This document shows positions 22,109 to 31,737 of a stretch of DNA of 64,000 bases, piece after piece (position 1 is the first letter of the stretch; every line of letters begins with the position of its first letter). Under the pieces are notes generated by a model that was given only the letters and a program-made list of their open reading frames with translations, was not told the DNA's origin and ran no database searches. Position numbers and translations under genes: made by a program. The stretch is from an uncultured Nitrospiraceae bacterium (lineage in GTDB: Bacteria; Nitrospirota; Thermodesulfovibrionia; Thermodesulfovibrionales; Dissulfurispiraceae). The stretch lies in NCBI GenBank assembly GCA_963705105.1, contig CAVPIW010000006.1, forward strand, positions 256,001 to 320,000, in the 5' to 3' direction.

Positions 22109-23215
22109 GTGGCCGATGTAGACCTGCTCAACAGGGCGATCGAGAGGTTCAATTCCGCATCGTCCACGCTGACCCAGTACTACAATATTCTCGAAGACCG
22201 CGTGAGGGTCCTGACAGGGGAGGTGGAACAGAAAAAGCAGCTCCTCAACAGCATCCTCGACAGCATCGATGTGGGCGTCATCTTTTTCGACCGTGAAGGG
22301 ACGGTCAAACTCATGAACAGGGCCGCCGGGGATCTGCTTCACGTCCGCGCGGAAGACATCACCGGGGGGGCGTCAATCTTCGCTTCCATCGAGGATGACC
22401 GCATCGTCCCTCAGCAGGGCCGGCCTTTCGAAGCCCTTATATCACGGTCTGACGTCTCCAACGGAGAGGGCGACAACGTCGGCCATGTCCTCATTTTCAA
22501 GGATATTTCGAGGCTCCGCGAGCTTGAGCGGGAGAATGAGAGGAACAGGAGGCTCTCGGCGATGGGCGAACTGGTCATGAAGATCGCGCACGAGATACGC
22601 AACCCCCTCGGCAGTATCGAGCTCTTTGCAAGCCTTCTTTCGGAGGATCTCAGGGGAACGGGGAGCGGCGCCTATGCCGACAGGATTTCCACGTCCGTCA
22701 GGTCTCTCGTCAATACCCTGGACAACATGCTCCGGTTCACAAAAGGGATAAACCCCCGCTATGAGACCTGCAGCCTGCCCGATCTTTTTTCGGATATCGG
22801 GCACGAATTCAGCGACCTCTTCAACCGGGGAAAGATCAGGTACGCCGTCTCTTGCGAGGCGCCCCTCGAGGTGAGCCTCGACAGGGGACTTATGCGGCAG
22901 GCCCTCATCAATCTCATCATAAACGCCGTCCAGGCCATGCCGGAGGGAGGCATGATCAGCGTCTCCGCCGGCAGGGATCCCGGTCATTCCTCCCGGGTCG
23001 TCCTGTCGGTCCGGGACACGGGGACCGGTATGGACAGCGAGACTGCATCGAGGATCTTCGAGCCCTTCTTCTCGACAAAGGACAGGGGAACGGGTCTCGG
23101 TATGTCTATCGCCGAGGCGGTTGTTGCCGCCCATGGCGGGACGGTCGCGGTGCGGAGCGAGGAGGGGAAGGGGACGGAATTTACCATCACCATTCCCGAC
23201 GGTTCGACATGTTAA
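22109..23215 (+). CDS. Cytoplasmic PAS histidine kinase, FleS/FlrB-like
   Basis: No TM segment; N-terminal FN..S..L..YY..LE.RV..L helix; IAHEIRNPLG, NLIINAVQA, DTGTGM, GTGLGM. Confidence 0.85.
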   Translation: MADVDLLNRAIERFNSASSTLTQYYNILEDRVRVLTGEVEQKKQLLNSILDSIDVGVIFFDREGTVKLMNRAAGDLLHVRAEDITGGASIFASIEDDRIVPQQGRPFEALISRSDVSNGEGDNVGHVLIFKDISRLRELERENERNRRLSAMGELVMKIAHEIRNPLGSIELFASLLSEDLRGTGSGAYADRISTSVRSLVNTLDNMLRFTKGINPRYETCSLPDLFSDIGHEFSDLFNRGKIRYAVSCEAPLEVSLDRGLMRQALINLIINAVQAMPEGGMISVSAGRDPGHSSRVVLSVRDTGTGMDSETASRIFEPFFSTKDRGTGLGMSIAEAVVAAHGGTVAVRSEEGKGTEFTITIPDGSTC

Positions 23216-23260
23216 TCTTAGGCATTGCAAAAGCCCCGCCTTCTCATGCAAATACAGGGT
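23215..23260. mobile_element. 46-bp minimal MITE derivative
   Basis: ATCTTAGGCATTGCAAAA joined to GCCCCGCCTTCTCATGCAAATACAGGGT; TA on both sides. Confidence 0.5.
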
Positions 23261-23265
23261 TATAT

Positions 23266-23279
23266 GTCAAAATAGTGAC
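23266..23279. promoter_or_regulatory. FleQ-box-like palindrome
   Basis: GTCAAAATAGTGAC (GTCA-N6-TGAC), 48 bp upstream of the regulator ATG. Confidence 0.35.
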
Positions 23280-23327
23280 ACAAAGTCAGCGGGAACCCTG
23301 CAGAAAGCCTCAGGAGATAGTGTGTCC

Positions 23328-24611
23328 ATGAGTTCCGTACTCATCGTCGATGACGAAGTGGAAATGGCGATAGCCCTCAGGGAATCGGTCCTGCGGTGCG
23401 GTCTCGAACCCGTCGTCTACCACAACCCTGTCGATGCCCTCGCCGAGCTCAATCTCGCCGACTTTTCCCTCATCATCACGGATATGAAGATGCCGAAAAT
23501 GGACGGCATCTCCTTTCTCCGTGAGATAAGGAATAAGGGGCTCTTCGTTCCCGTCGTCGTCATCACCGGCTTCGGCACCGTCGAAAACGCCGTCGATGCC
23601 ATGAAACTGGGCGCCACGGACTACATCATGAAGCCTTTCTCCTTTGAAACCCTGAAGAAGGTAGTTGAGAGGATCCTCCCGTCCCAGGAGGGAGATCTCG
23701 TGGCTGTCTCTCCCGCCATGAAACACATCATGTCCGTTGCCCGTGAAGTGGCAAGGAGCGACGCGACTGTGCTGCTGTTGGGGGAAAGCGGGACGGGAAA
23801 AGAGATCATCGCGAAGTACATCCATAAGCAGAGTGAAAGGGCTGAAGGCCCCTTCGTCGCCATTAATTGCGCCGCCCTTTCGGAGAGCCTGCTCGAATCG
23901 GAGCTGTTCGGGTACGAAAAGGGCGCCTTTACAGGGGCATCGGAGCGGAGGATCGGAAAGTTCGAGCGGGCCGGCGGGGGGACGCTGCTGCTTGACGAAA
24001 TCAGCGAAATGGCCTATCCGCTGCAGGCGAAGCTGCTGAGGGCGATCCAGGAAAGAGAGGTGGACCGCATCGGCGGACGTGCCCCGGTGCCCGTCGACGT
24101 GAGGATCATCGCAACGACGAACAGGGACCTCCTTGCCGACGTCAGGCAGGGGCGGTTCAGGGAAGACCTCTATTACCGGCTGAATGTCTTTCCGATTACC
24201 TTACCTCCCCTCAGGGAGAGGAGAGAGGACATCCTGCCCCTTGCACAGTTTTTCCTGCGAAAGCTGTCTCAGAAGATGAGCAGGCTTTTCCAGATATCGG
24301 AAGAACTCACGTCCTACCTCCTCGGCAGGGCCTGGGAGGGAAATGTGCGGGAGCTCGAAAACGTCCTTTACCGGATGGCCGTCCTGACCAGATCCGATAC
24401 GCTGCTGCCGCCTGCCGGAGAGGCGTCGGCGGAAAGTTTTGCCGGGTCTGAGGCGGCAACGGGGAGCACCATGAGGGATGTGGAGCGTGACATGATCATC
24501 AAGACGCTGAAGGCGATGAAGGGAAACAGGACGAAGACGGCAGAGGTGCTCGGGGTGAGCGTCAGGACGATCAGGAACAAGATAAAGGAATACAGCATAA
24601 CGGATCTTTAA
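23328..24611 (+). CDS. Sigma54-dependent response regulator, FleR/FlrC-like (REC-AAA+-HTH)
   Basis: VLIVDDE, ITDMKMP, GESGTGKE, GAFTGA, HTH GNRTKTAEVLGVSVRTIRNK; SD AGGAG at 23312. Confidence 0.9.
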   Translation: MSSVLIVDDEVEMAIALRESVLRCGLEPVVYHNPVDALAELNLADFSLIITDMKMPKMDGISFLREIRNKGLFVPVVVITGFGTVENAVDAMKLGATDYIMKPFSFETLKKVVERILPSQEGDLVAVSPAMKHIMSVAREVARSDATVLLLGESGTGKEIIAKYIHKQSERAEGPFVAINCAALSESLLESELFGYEKGAFTGASERRIGKFERAGGGTLLLDEISEMAYPLQAKLLRAIQEREVDRIGGRAPVPVDVRIIATTNRDLLADVRQGRFREDLYYRLNVFPITLPPLRERREDILPLAQFFLRKLSQKMSRLFQISEELTSYLLGRAWEGNVRELENVLYRMAVLTRSDTLLPPAGEASAESFAGSEAATGSTMRDVERDMIIKTLKAMKGNRTKTAEVLGVSVRTIRNKIKEYSITDL

Positions 24612-24837
24612 GGGCGAGAAGTGCTTCAGATATAGCACTGTTTCGCCGGGAAGGCAGATATGGTTCAAAGCCTTTCCAATGCGATGATGAGACATGTTAA
24701 GCTGTTCAGTGCCCGTTGCCTGACGGACTTTTGGTATCAATCGACACGGCAAAGGGTGGTCTGGCGATGAATAAGGTATCTTAGCGGAAAGGCTTTTCAC
24801 CACATCAGCCTTCCCGTCCGGGTATCGTGTGATGACT

Positions 24838-24853
24838 GGGAACAGAAATTGCA
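24838..24853 (+). promoter_or_regulatory. Putative sigma54 promoter of the flgB operon
   Basis: GGGAACAGAAATTGCA: GG-N10-GC spacing with TTGCA. Confidence 0.6.
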
Positions 24854-24896
24854 TAAAATTGCTCATGTGTCAACGATGCCGATGCAGGAGGTCAGT

Positions 24897-25232
24897 GTGA
24901 ACAACAGCATGTCAATTCTTGAGAGTATGCTCAACATTACGGCATTCCGGCGGAAGGTGCTCTCCTCGAACATCGCAAATGCCGACACGCCGGGATACAG
25001 GGCAAAAGATATATCGTTCCAGGGGGAGCTCGACCGGGCGCTGAAGAGCGGAAGGCCCTCCTTCGATATCTTTGAGACGCCGTCGACGATGCAGAACAGG
25101 GACGGCAACACGGTGAATCTCGACATCGAAATGACGAAAGTCGCTGAAAACAGCCTTATTTTCAACACGGCTACGCAGATCATGGCGACGAAGATCAGGA
25201 TGTACAAAGATGCCCTGAGAGGAGGGAGATGA
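24897..25232 (+). CDS. flgB: Flagellar basal-body rod protein FlgB
   Basis: SSNIANADTPGYRAKD, DGNTVNLD.EM; GTG start after AGGAGG. Confidence 0.93.
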   Translation: MNNSMSILESMLNITAFRRKVLSSNIANADTPGYRAKDISFQGELDRALKSGRPSFDIFETPSTMQNRDGNTVNLDIEMTKVAENSLIFNTATQIMATKIRMYKDALRGGR

Positions 25233-25639
25233 TGCGCGAGATGTTTCTTCCACTCAGGGTAAGCGCCTCGGCACTTGAGGCGCAAAAGATCCGCATGAAC
25301 GTCATCGCGTCGAACATCGCCAACGTCAATTCGACGCGCACCCCCGAGGGCGGGGCATACAGAAGGAAGGACGTCACTTTCCAGTCCTACTTTTTTACTG
25401 ATCACGCCGTCGGCGTCGACGTCCCGAAAATCGTCGAAGATACGCGGCCTCTCAAGGCGGTTTATGACCCGTCCCATCCGGATGCCGACGCCACGGGATA
25501 CGTGAATTATCCGAATATCACGGTGATCGAAGAGATGGTCAATCTTTTGACGGCCTCACGGGCCTATGAGGCGAACCTCACCATGATCAACACATACAAG
25601 GAAGGGTACATGAAAACCCTTGACCTTCTGAAGGTGTGA
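25229..25639 (+). CDS. flgC: Flagellar basal-body rod protein FlgC
   Basis: NIANVNSTRT.EGG.YRRK, YDPSHPDA, ASRAYEAN. Confidence 0.95.
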   Translation: MMREMFLPLRVSASALEAQKIRMNVIASNIANVNSTRTPEGGAYRRKDVTFQSYFFTDHAVGVDVPKIVEDTRPLKAVYDPSHPDADATGYVNYPNITVIEEMVNLLTASRAYEANLTMINTYKEGYMKTLDLLKV

Positions 25640-25713
25640 AGGCACGGAGATGGCAACAGCGGGGAAACAGATGAGCAAGTCGGCCTGCGGGAACGCAGGG
25701 ATGGAGGTGTTTC

Positions 25714-26007
25714 ATGGCTGACATCAAGGGGATCGGAGACATATCGAGGGTCGTACCCGAACCGTCGAAGACCGTCCAGAAGGGCGGAGCGTCCTTCGAG
25801 GAGGCGATGCAGAACGCGATACAGGAAGTCTCGGCTATACAGAATGAAGCGGAGAAGGCGATCGAGGATTTCGCGAAGGGCGAGATCAACGATATTCATA
25901 CCGTTGTGCTTGCAATGGAGAAGGCGGACATCTCCCTCCAGACGCTGCTGCAGGTGAGAAACAAGCTGCTCACCGCCTATGAAGAGATCACGCGCATGCA
26001 GGTCTGA
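25714..26007 (+). CDS. fliE: Flagellar hook-basal body protein FliE
   Basis: DIHTVVLAMEKA...QVRNKLLTAYEEITRMQV. Confidence 0.95.
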   Translation: MADIKGIGDISRVVPEPSKTVQKGGASFEEAMQNAIQEVSAIQNEAEKAIEDFAKGEINDIHTVVLAMEKADISLQTLLQVRNKLLTAYEEITRMQV

Positions 26008-26038
26008 CAGGGCACATAGGACCGGGAGATAGGGAACA

Positions 26039-27550
26039 GTGGCCATCAGGGACGTCATCGATCAGATCAGGGGCTGGCCAAGGGGGAAAAAACTCGCTCT
26101 GGCTGTCGTCATTTTATTGACGGCAGGCCTGATGACCGGCATCCTCCTCTGGAGTCAGAGGGTGGATTACCAGGTGCTTTACAGCAATCTGAGTCAGGAT
26201 GACGCAGGCCAGGTCGTCATCAAGCTGAAAGAACTGAAAATCCCCTACCGTGTCGAACGAAACGTCATCTATGTGCCCGCTGCAAGGGTCTACGAACTGA
26301 GACTCGAACTGGCTTCCCAGGGCATTCCCCAGGGCGGAGGCGTCGGTTTCGAGCTCTTCGACAAGACTCAGATCGGCGTGACCGAGTTCGTCCAGCGGCT
26401 GAATTATGTCAGGGCCCTGCAGGGCGAACTGTCGAGGACGATCCGCCAGCTCTCGGAAGTAGACCAGTGCAGGGTGCATATCGCCATCCCCGAAAAAACT
26501 ATCTTTACGGAAAAAGAGGAGAAGCCCACTGCGTCGGTGGTGCTGAAGCTGAAGTCCGGAAGAGTGCTCAGCCAGGGCCAGGTGGGGGGCATCGTCCACC
26601 TCGTCGCGAGCAGTGTCGAGGGTCTGCCGGCACGGAACGTCAGCGTGATCGACAACATGGGCAATCTCCTGTCGAAGCCGTCGGATCATGAAATGATCGC
26701 CGATGCGAGGCACCTCGAATACCAGAAGGCCGTCGACAGGGAATACGAGACGAGGCTCCAGAGCATGCTGGAAGGCATTGTCGGCAAGGGGAAGGCGATC
26801 GTGCGGGTGTCGACGAAGATCGATTTCACGCAGGTCGAAAGGACGGAGGAGCGCTTCGATCCTGACACCATTGCCGTCAAGAGCGAACAGCGGACCCAGG
26901 AAAAATCGGTTGGCTCAGCAACGGGCGGTGTTCCCGGCGCCCTTTCGAACCAGCCGGGTCAGACACCGGCGCCCGCTGCGGGCCAGTCCGGCTCCGGGCA
27001 GAAAAACAGCGAAAACATCAGCTACGAAATCTCGCGGAGTGTCAGCAAGATCATCCAGCCGAGAGGTGACGTGAAGGCCCTTTCCGTGGCGGTGCTCGTC
27101 GACGGCACATACAAGCAGGAGAAAGAGAAAAGGGTCTATGTCGCCAGGACCCAGGAGGACGTCAAGAAGTACGAGGAAATTGTCAAGGCGGCCATAGGGT
27201 TCAACAAGGACCGGGGTGACTCGGTGATCATCGAGAATGTCGCCTTTGAGTCTGCACTGGACGAATTCCCTCCTGAAAAAACCGATTACGTCGCACTGCT
27301 TCTCACAGTGCTCAAATACGCCGTACCGCTCATCGCCGCTGCCCTCCTCATTCTGTTCGTCATCAAGCCACTGCTCCGGACACTCAAAGTCCCGCCCCGG
27401 GCGCCAGCCCCCGAGCCCGCCAGGGTCCCGGCGGAGAAGCTTGAAGTCAAGCCGGCGCAGGAAGAGATCGTGAAGACCCAGGTCCTCGACTTCGTCACCA
27501 GGGATCCCCGGCAGACGGCCATGATCCTCAAGGAATGGCTCGCAGAGTAG
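26039..27550 (+). CDS. fliF: Flagellar MS-ring protein FliF
   Basis: Two TM segments; GFELFDK..IG.TEF, RALQGELSRTI, VASSVEGL, GVPGALSNQP. Confidence 0.95.
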   Translation: MAIRDVIDQIRGWPRGKKLALAVVILLTAGLMTGILLWSQRVDYQVLYSNLSQDDAGQVVIKLKELKIPYRVERNVIYVPAARVYELRLELASQGIPQGGGVGFELFDKTQIGVTEFVQRLNYVRALQGELSRTIRQLSEVDQCRVHIAIPEKTIFTEKEEKPTASVVLKLKSGRVLSQGQVGGIVHLVASSVEGLPARNVSVIDNMGNLLSKPSDHEMIADARHLEYQKAVDREYETRLQSMLEGIVGKGKAIVRVSTKIDFTQVERTEERFDPDTIAVKSEQRTQEKSVGSATGGVPGALSNQPGQTPAPAAGQSGSGQKNSENISYEISRSVSKIIQPRGDVKALSVAVLVDGTYKQEKEKRVYVARTQEDVKKYEEIVKAAIGFNKDRGDSVIIENVAFESALDEFPPEKTDYVALLLTVLKYAVPLIAAALLILFVIKPLLRTLKVPPRAPAPEPARVPAEKLEVKPAQEEIVKTQVLDFVTRDPRQTAMILKEWLAE

Positions 27551-27554
27551 CGGG

Positions 27555-28532
27555 ATGAGAAAGCTGACGGGTCTCGAAAAGGTTGCCGCCTTCCTCTCCA
27601 TCATCGGGGAGGAGGCTGCAACGAACGTTTTCAAACACCTCGATCCGCTCGAGCTCGCCCGCGTCATCCCCATGATGGCGAGAGTGAAAATCACGACCGA
27701 TTCAGCGGAAGGCGTCATCAGGGATTTCTACGAAAAGACGGAGCATGCGATGGTCGGTGTCGACGAGGAGTATATCAAATCAGTCCTGACGAAAGCCTTC
27801 GGCGATGAGCAGGCCGGCAAGCTGATCGAGAAGATCGCGAGCGGAGCCAGCGCTTTTGACATCATCAGATGGCTCGACGCCGGATCCATCGCTACCATGC
27901 TCCTCAAAGAGCATCCTCAGACCATTGCCATCGTTCTCGCCCACCTGGAAGCGATACAGGCTGCCGAGGTGCTGGCGAAGCTTCCCGAAAGCCTCAAAAT
28001 CGAAGTCTCCCTCAGGATCGCCAGTCTCGACCAGATTTCCCCCGTCATCATCGGCGAGCTCGAAGACGTGCTGCATTCCCAGCTCCAGAGTTACACACGG
28101 GGACGGAAGATCGGCGGGATCAGCACGGTGGCGGAGATCCTGAACCACCTTGACCGGTCATCGGAGGACCTCATTCTCAGGAATATCGAAGAGCAGGACC
28201 AGATCCTCGCCGACGAGATCAGGAAGCTCATGTTCACCTTCGACGACCTCATAACCGTTGACGACAGGGGAATCCAGATGATCCTCAAGGAGATCACGAC
28301 TGACGACCTTGCCCTGTCCCTGAAGATGGCCGTCGATGAGCTGAGGGACAAGATATTCCGGAACATGTCACAGAGGGCCGTCCAGATTCTCAAGGAGGAG
28401 ATCGAGGCAAAAGGCGCCGTGAGGGTCTCTGATGTCGAGAGGGCACAGATGAACATCGTCAAGGTCGCCAAGAAGCTCGAAGAAGAGGGCAAGATAATCG
28501 CAGGTGGAAAAGGTGAAGAGGTCATCACCTGA
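27555..28532 (+). CDS. fliG: Flagellar motor switch protein FliG
   Basis: EHPQTIA, MFTFDDL, NMSQRA, VRVSDVERAQ. Confidence 0.95.
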   Translation: MRKLTGLEKVAAFLSIIGEEAATNVFKHLDPLELARVIPMMARVKITTDSAEGVIRDFYEKTEHAMVGVDEEYIKSVLTKAFGDEQAGKLIEKIASGASAFDIIRWLDAGSIATMLLKEHPQTIAIVLAHLEAIQAAEVLAKLPESLKIEVSLRIASLDQISPVIIGELEDVLHSQLQSYTRGRKIGGISTVAEILNHLDRSSEDLILRNIEEQDQILADEIRKLMFTFDDLITVDDRGIQMILKEITTDDLALSLKMAVDELRDKIFRNMSQRAVQILKEEIEAKGAVRVSDVERAQMNIVKVAKKLEEEGKIIAGGKGEEVIT

Positions 28533-29169
28533 CAGTCATCATATCGTTCGTCCCTATGAACCCCTCCGCTTTGCCGACGATCCGGATGTCCTTCCGGAGC
28601 AGGGTGATCAGGCGGGGAAGGCTCCCGAATCGTCGCCCGGTCTCGAGGAGCGGGTCTCTGCCGCCGAGCAGGAGGGGTACGAAAAGGGCTTCAGCCAGGG
28701 ATTCGAGCAGGGTATAAGAAAGGCAGAGGAAGAGGGGAAGGAATTCCTGGGTCGGATGGAGGGCATTCTCCGCGAACTGGAGTCCTTCAGGGAGACAAAG
28801 ACCAGGGAGTTGCTCCCCGACATCGTGGATCTTGCCCTGCAGGTTGCCTCAGGGGTGATCCACAGGGAGATCGACCAGGACCGGAACATCGTCCTCAACA
28901 CGGCACAGGAGGCATTGAAGAAACTGGGAGACAACGAGGATTCGATCGTCATCCGGCTTAATCCTGTCGATTATGATGTCATGATCTCCAACATGGATTT
29001 TCTCAAGGAGATGTCGGGAGCGAAGACGATAACCATCGAGCCCGTCAATGCCATCTCTCCGGGCGGGTGTTATATCGAGACCCCGACGGGGGAGATCGAT
29101 GCACGGATCGGAGAGCAGATGAAAGAAATGGAAGATGCCCTACGGACAGCAGCTGATAGCGAAGTTTAA
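28504..29169 (+). CDS. fliH: Flagellar assembly protein FliH
   Basis: GxxxG repeats (EGYEKGFSQGFEQG), IRLNPVD, GGC.IET.TGEIDA. Confidence 0.9.
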   Translation: MEKVKRSSPDSHHIVRPYEPLRFADDPDVLPEQGDQAGKAPESSPGLEERVSAAEQEGYEKGFSQGFEQGIRKAEEEGKEFLGRMEGILRELESFRETKTRELLPDIVDLALQVASGVIHREIDQDRNIVLNTAQEALKKLGDNEDSIVIRLNPVDYDVMISNMDFLKEMSGAKTITIEPVNAISPGGCYIETPTGEIDARIGEQMKEMEDALRTAADSEV

Positions 29170-30469
29170 AGAGATCGCCGGCGACGTCGATCCCATCAAG
29201 GTGTATGGCAGGGTCAGCAGGGGGGTGGGCCTGGTCATCGAAGGACTGGGACCCCGGGCGAACATAGGCGACGTCTGCCAGATCAGGCCCGAAGGCATGC
29301 ATGACGGACCGGCCGTCGAGGCCGAGGTCATCGGATTCAAGGAGGACAAGATCCTTCTCATGCCCCTCGGTGACACCATGGGCATCGGTCCCGGATCACG
29401 GATCACATCCAAGGGGCGCCAGAGATATGTGCGTGTCGGCCGTGACCTGCTCGGGCGGGTCCTTGACGGGATGGGGAATCCCATTGACAGCAGGGGTCTC
29501 ATCGCAGGACAGCTCTTCCCGATCTATAACGACCCCATCAATCCCCTTGACAGGAGACGGATCGCCGCTCCCCTGGACCTCGGCATCAGGGCCATCAACT
29601 CCCTGCTGACCTGCGGCAAGGGGCAGAGGGTCGGCATCATGGCCGGCAGCGGTGTCGGCAAGAGCGTTCTCCTCGGCATGATGGCCCGCAATACCTCGGC
29701 CGATGTGAATGTCATCGCCCTGATCGGGGAGCGGGGCAGGGAGGTCCGCGAGTTCATCGAAAAGGACCTCGGTGAGGAGGGATTGAAGCGCTCGGTTCTC
29801 GTCGTTGCGACGTCCGACACCTCACCTCTCACAAGAATCAGGGGGGCCTTCGTCGCGACGGCGATCGCCGAATACTTCCGCTCCAGGGGGCGGGACGTCC
29901 TGTTCATGATGGACTCCCTCACGCGTTTTGCCATGGCGCAGAGGGAAATCGGCCTGACCGCCGGAGAGCCTCCGACGACAAAGGGATATCCGCCGTCGGT
30001 TTTCAACCTTCTTCCCAAGCTTCTCGAGCGCACGGGGACCTGTGATGGGGAAGGAACGATCACGGGGCTTTACACGGTCCTTGTCGAGGGGGACGACATG
30101 AACGAGCCTATCGCCGATGCGGCCCGATCGATCCTCGACGGCCATATCGTGCTCTCGCGGGACCTGGCGAACCACAATCATTATCCGGCCATCGACATCC
30201 TTCTGAGCATCAGCAGGCTCATGAAGGACATCATCGGACAAACGCAAAGGTCCTGCGCCGAGAAGGTCCTCGATGCGATGGCCGTCTACAAGCGATATGA
30301 GGATGCAGTGACCATCGGCGCCTATAAGGAGGGGACGAACCCCAGGCTGGACCATGCGATACGGATGATGGAACGGATCCGTCCTTTTCTGAGGCAGGAG
30401 ATCCATGAAAAAGTGACCATCGAAGAGGGGCTTCAGCAGCTCATCTCGCTCTGTGAGGGTGGGGCATGA
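29135..30469 (+). CDS. fliI: Flagellar export ATPase FliI
   Basis: AGSGVGKS Walker A, IGERGREV, DSLTRFAMAQREIG, ILDGHIVL. Confidence 0.96.
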   Translation: MPYGQQLIAKFKEIAGDVDPIKVYGRVSRGVGLVIEGLGPRANIGDVCQIRPEGMHDGPAVEAEVIGFKEDKILLMPLGDTMGIGPGSRITSKGRQRYVRVGRDLLGRVLDGMGNPIDSRGLIAGQLFPIYNDPINPLDRRRIAAPLDLGIRAINSLLTCGKGQRVGIMAGSGVGKSVLLGMMARNTSADVNVIALIGERGREVREFIEKDLGEEGLKRSVLVVATSDTSPLTRIRGAFVATAIAEYFRSRGRDVLFMMDSLTRFAMAQREIGLTAGEPPTTKGYPPSVFNLLPKLLERTGTCDGEGTITGLYTVLVEGDDMNEPIADAARSILDGHIVLSRDLANHNHYPAIDILLSISRLMKDIIGQTQRSCAEKVLDAMAVYKRYEDAVTIGAYKEGTNPRLDHAIRMMERIRPFLRQEIHEKVTIEEGLQQLISLCEGGA

Positions 30470-30903
30470 GGACGACCTTCGAGAGCCTCCTGAATCTTAA
30501 GCGGTGGAACGAAGATGAGGCAAAAAACCGCGTTGCCCTCCGCATCAGGGAACTCACGGCTGAAGAGCACCGGCTTGTCCATATCGAAAAACAGTACCAG
30601 GCCTACCAGCAGAAGGCAGGGGTCCTCCTTGACGGCTTCATCGATATCGACGAGATGAGAAAGGTCCACGATCATCTCGACCATCTCGTTGTCAGGATTC
30701 GCCAGCAGAAGTCGGTCATCGAAGACAGGAAGCGCCGCCTTGAGGAGGCGAGAAAATCCCTTCTCGAAGCCTCGAAGGAGCGGAAGATTTTCGAACGCCT
30801 CGATGAAAAGGAACGCCTGGCCATGGAGAGGGGGCTCCTGAAGGACGAACAGAGGAGGACCGACGAGTATGTCGTCTCGGGGTACAAACGAAACCGGACC
30901 TGA
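30466..30903 (+). CDS. fliJ: Flagellar export protein FliJ
   Basis: Coiled coil after fliI; LLEASKERKIFERL...EQRRTDE. Confidence 0.85.
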   Translation: MRTTFESLLNLKRWNEDEAKNRVALRIRELTAEEHRLVHIEKQYQAYQQKAGVLLDGFIDIDEMRKVHDHLDHLVVRIRQQKSVIEDRKRRLEEARKSLLEASKERKIFERLDEKERLAMERGLLKDEQRRTDEYVVSGYKRNRT

Positions 30904-30949
30904 CAGGACTCCACCACCTGGGATCCCGGACGGTGGACACCCGTGCAGG

Positions 30950-31444
30950 ATGGCCCGCCCCTCGCATTCCTTCAGATGGGCCTTCCCCGCTGCAGCGGCG
31001 CTCGTCGTGACTGCCGTCTGCCTGCTGCTCCTGCCGGCAGCTCTGATTCATGCCCAGCAGCCGAAACCGCAGGCGGAAACGGCTGTTCCGCAGCAGAAGT
31101 CTCTTGACGAGGAGAGGCTCCAGATCATCAGGGGCGACGTCCAGCAACAGCTCGAAGCGAACAGGAAGCTGAAACGGGAACTCGAAGAGGAGCGGAAGGC
31201 CCTGGAGGGAAAGGGTCAGGAGCAGGTGGCAAAGGTCGCAAAAATGTACGAGTCGATGCAGCCCGATGAGGCGGCACAGAAACTTGAAAAGATGGACGAG
31301 GAGACGGCGGTGATCATCCTCAATGCCGTCAAGCCGAAGGCGGCAGGAAAGATCCTCGCACAGATGAGCAACGACCGCGGCGCATCCCTCTCGAAGCGGA
31401 TGATCAAACGAGCAAGAGTCGCAGCGGAAAAACCTTCCCAGTAG
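30950..31444 (+). CDS. MotE/FlbB-like membrane-anchored protein (MgtE-N-like C-terminus)
   Basis: N-terminal hydrophobic segment, coiled coil, KMYESMQPDEAA..LE.MD...A..IL..KPKAAGKILAQM; position after fliJ; start uncertain. Confidence 0.75.
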   Translation: MARPSHSFRWAFPAAAALVVTAVCLLLLPAALIHAQQPKPQAETAVPQQKSLDEERLQIIRGDVQQQLEANRKLKRELEEERKALEGKGQEQVAKVAKMYESMQPDEAAQKLEKMDEETAVIILNAVKPKAAGKILAQMSNDRGASLSKRMIKRARVAAEKPSQ

Positions 31445-31643
31445 GAAAAAAGTTCCCCTCCCGTCCCCCCTATTCCTCCTTTTCCCGCCGATTCCTGGCT
31501 GCCGACTGCCGATTTTCGTCATGTTCGGCTATTGCTTCGGCTATCGACGCCGTGATTTATTACTTCATAAAACAGGTCCTATCATCGTTATCAAGGTCTG
31601 TGCACGATTTGGGACAGGCATGAAAAATAAGAAAACCTCCTTT

Positions 31644-31676
31644 CACTGACACTCGCACTGACACTCACACTCTCAC
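31644..31676 (-). repeat. (C/G)AGTGT hexamer tandem tract
   Basis: CACTGACACTCGCACTGACACTCACACTCTCAC; same unit occurs inside MITE copies 4 and 5. Confidence 0.7.
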
Positions 31677-31692
31677 CGTCTTTTCATCAACA

Positions 31693-31708
31693 TGGCACAC
31701 CGCTTGCT
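31693..31708 (+). promoter_or_regulatory. Sigma54 promoter of fliK-flgD-flgE
   Basis: TGGCACA-CCGC-TTGCT near-consensus -24/-12, 30 bp before the fliK start. Confidence 0.8.
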
Positions 31709-31737
31709 CTCTTTTCCGGACGGAAGGAGACAATGCA

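Noticed and set aside
23121..23327. N-terminal extensions in the ORF track (also flgB 24849, fliQ 39182, cheB 56489, flgI 62075)
   Set aside because: They overlap upstream genes or promoters; downstream starts match domain boundaries and SD position
31444..31456. GGAAAAAAGTTCC and similar words at about 45451 and 58413 as a FleR-like enhancer
   Set aside because: Low-complexity A-rich words with inconsistent spacing to promoters
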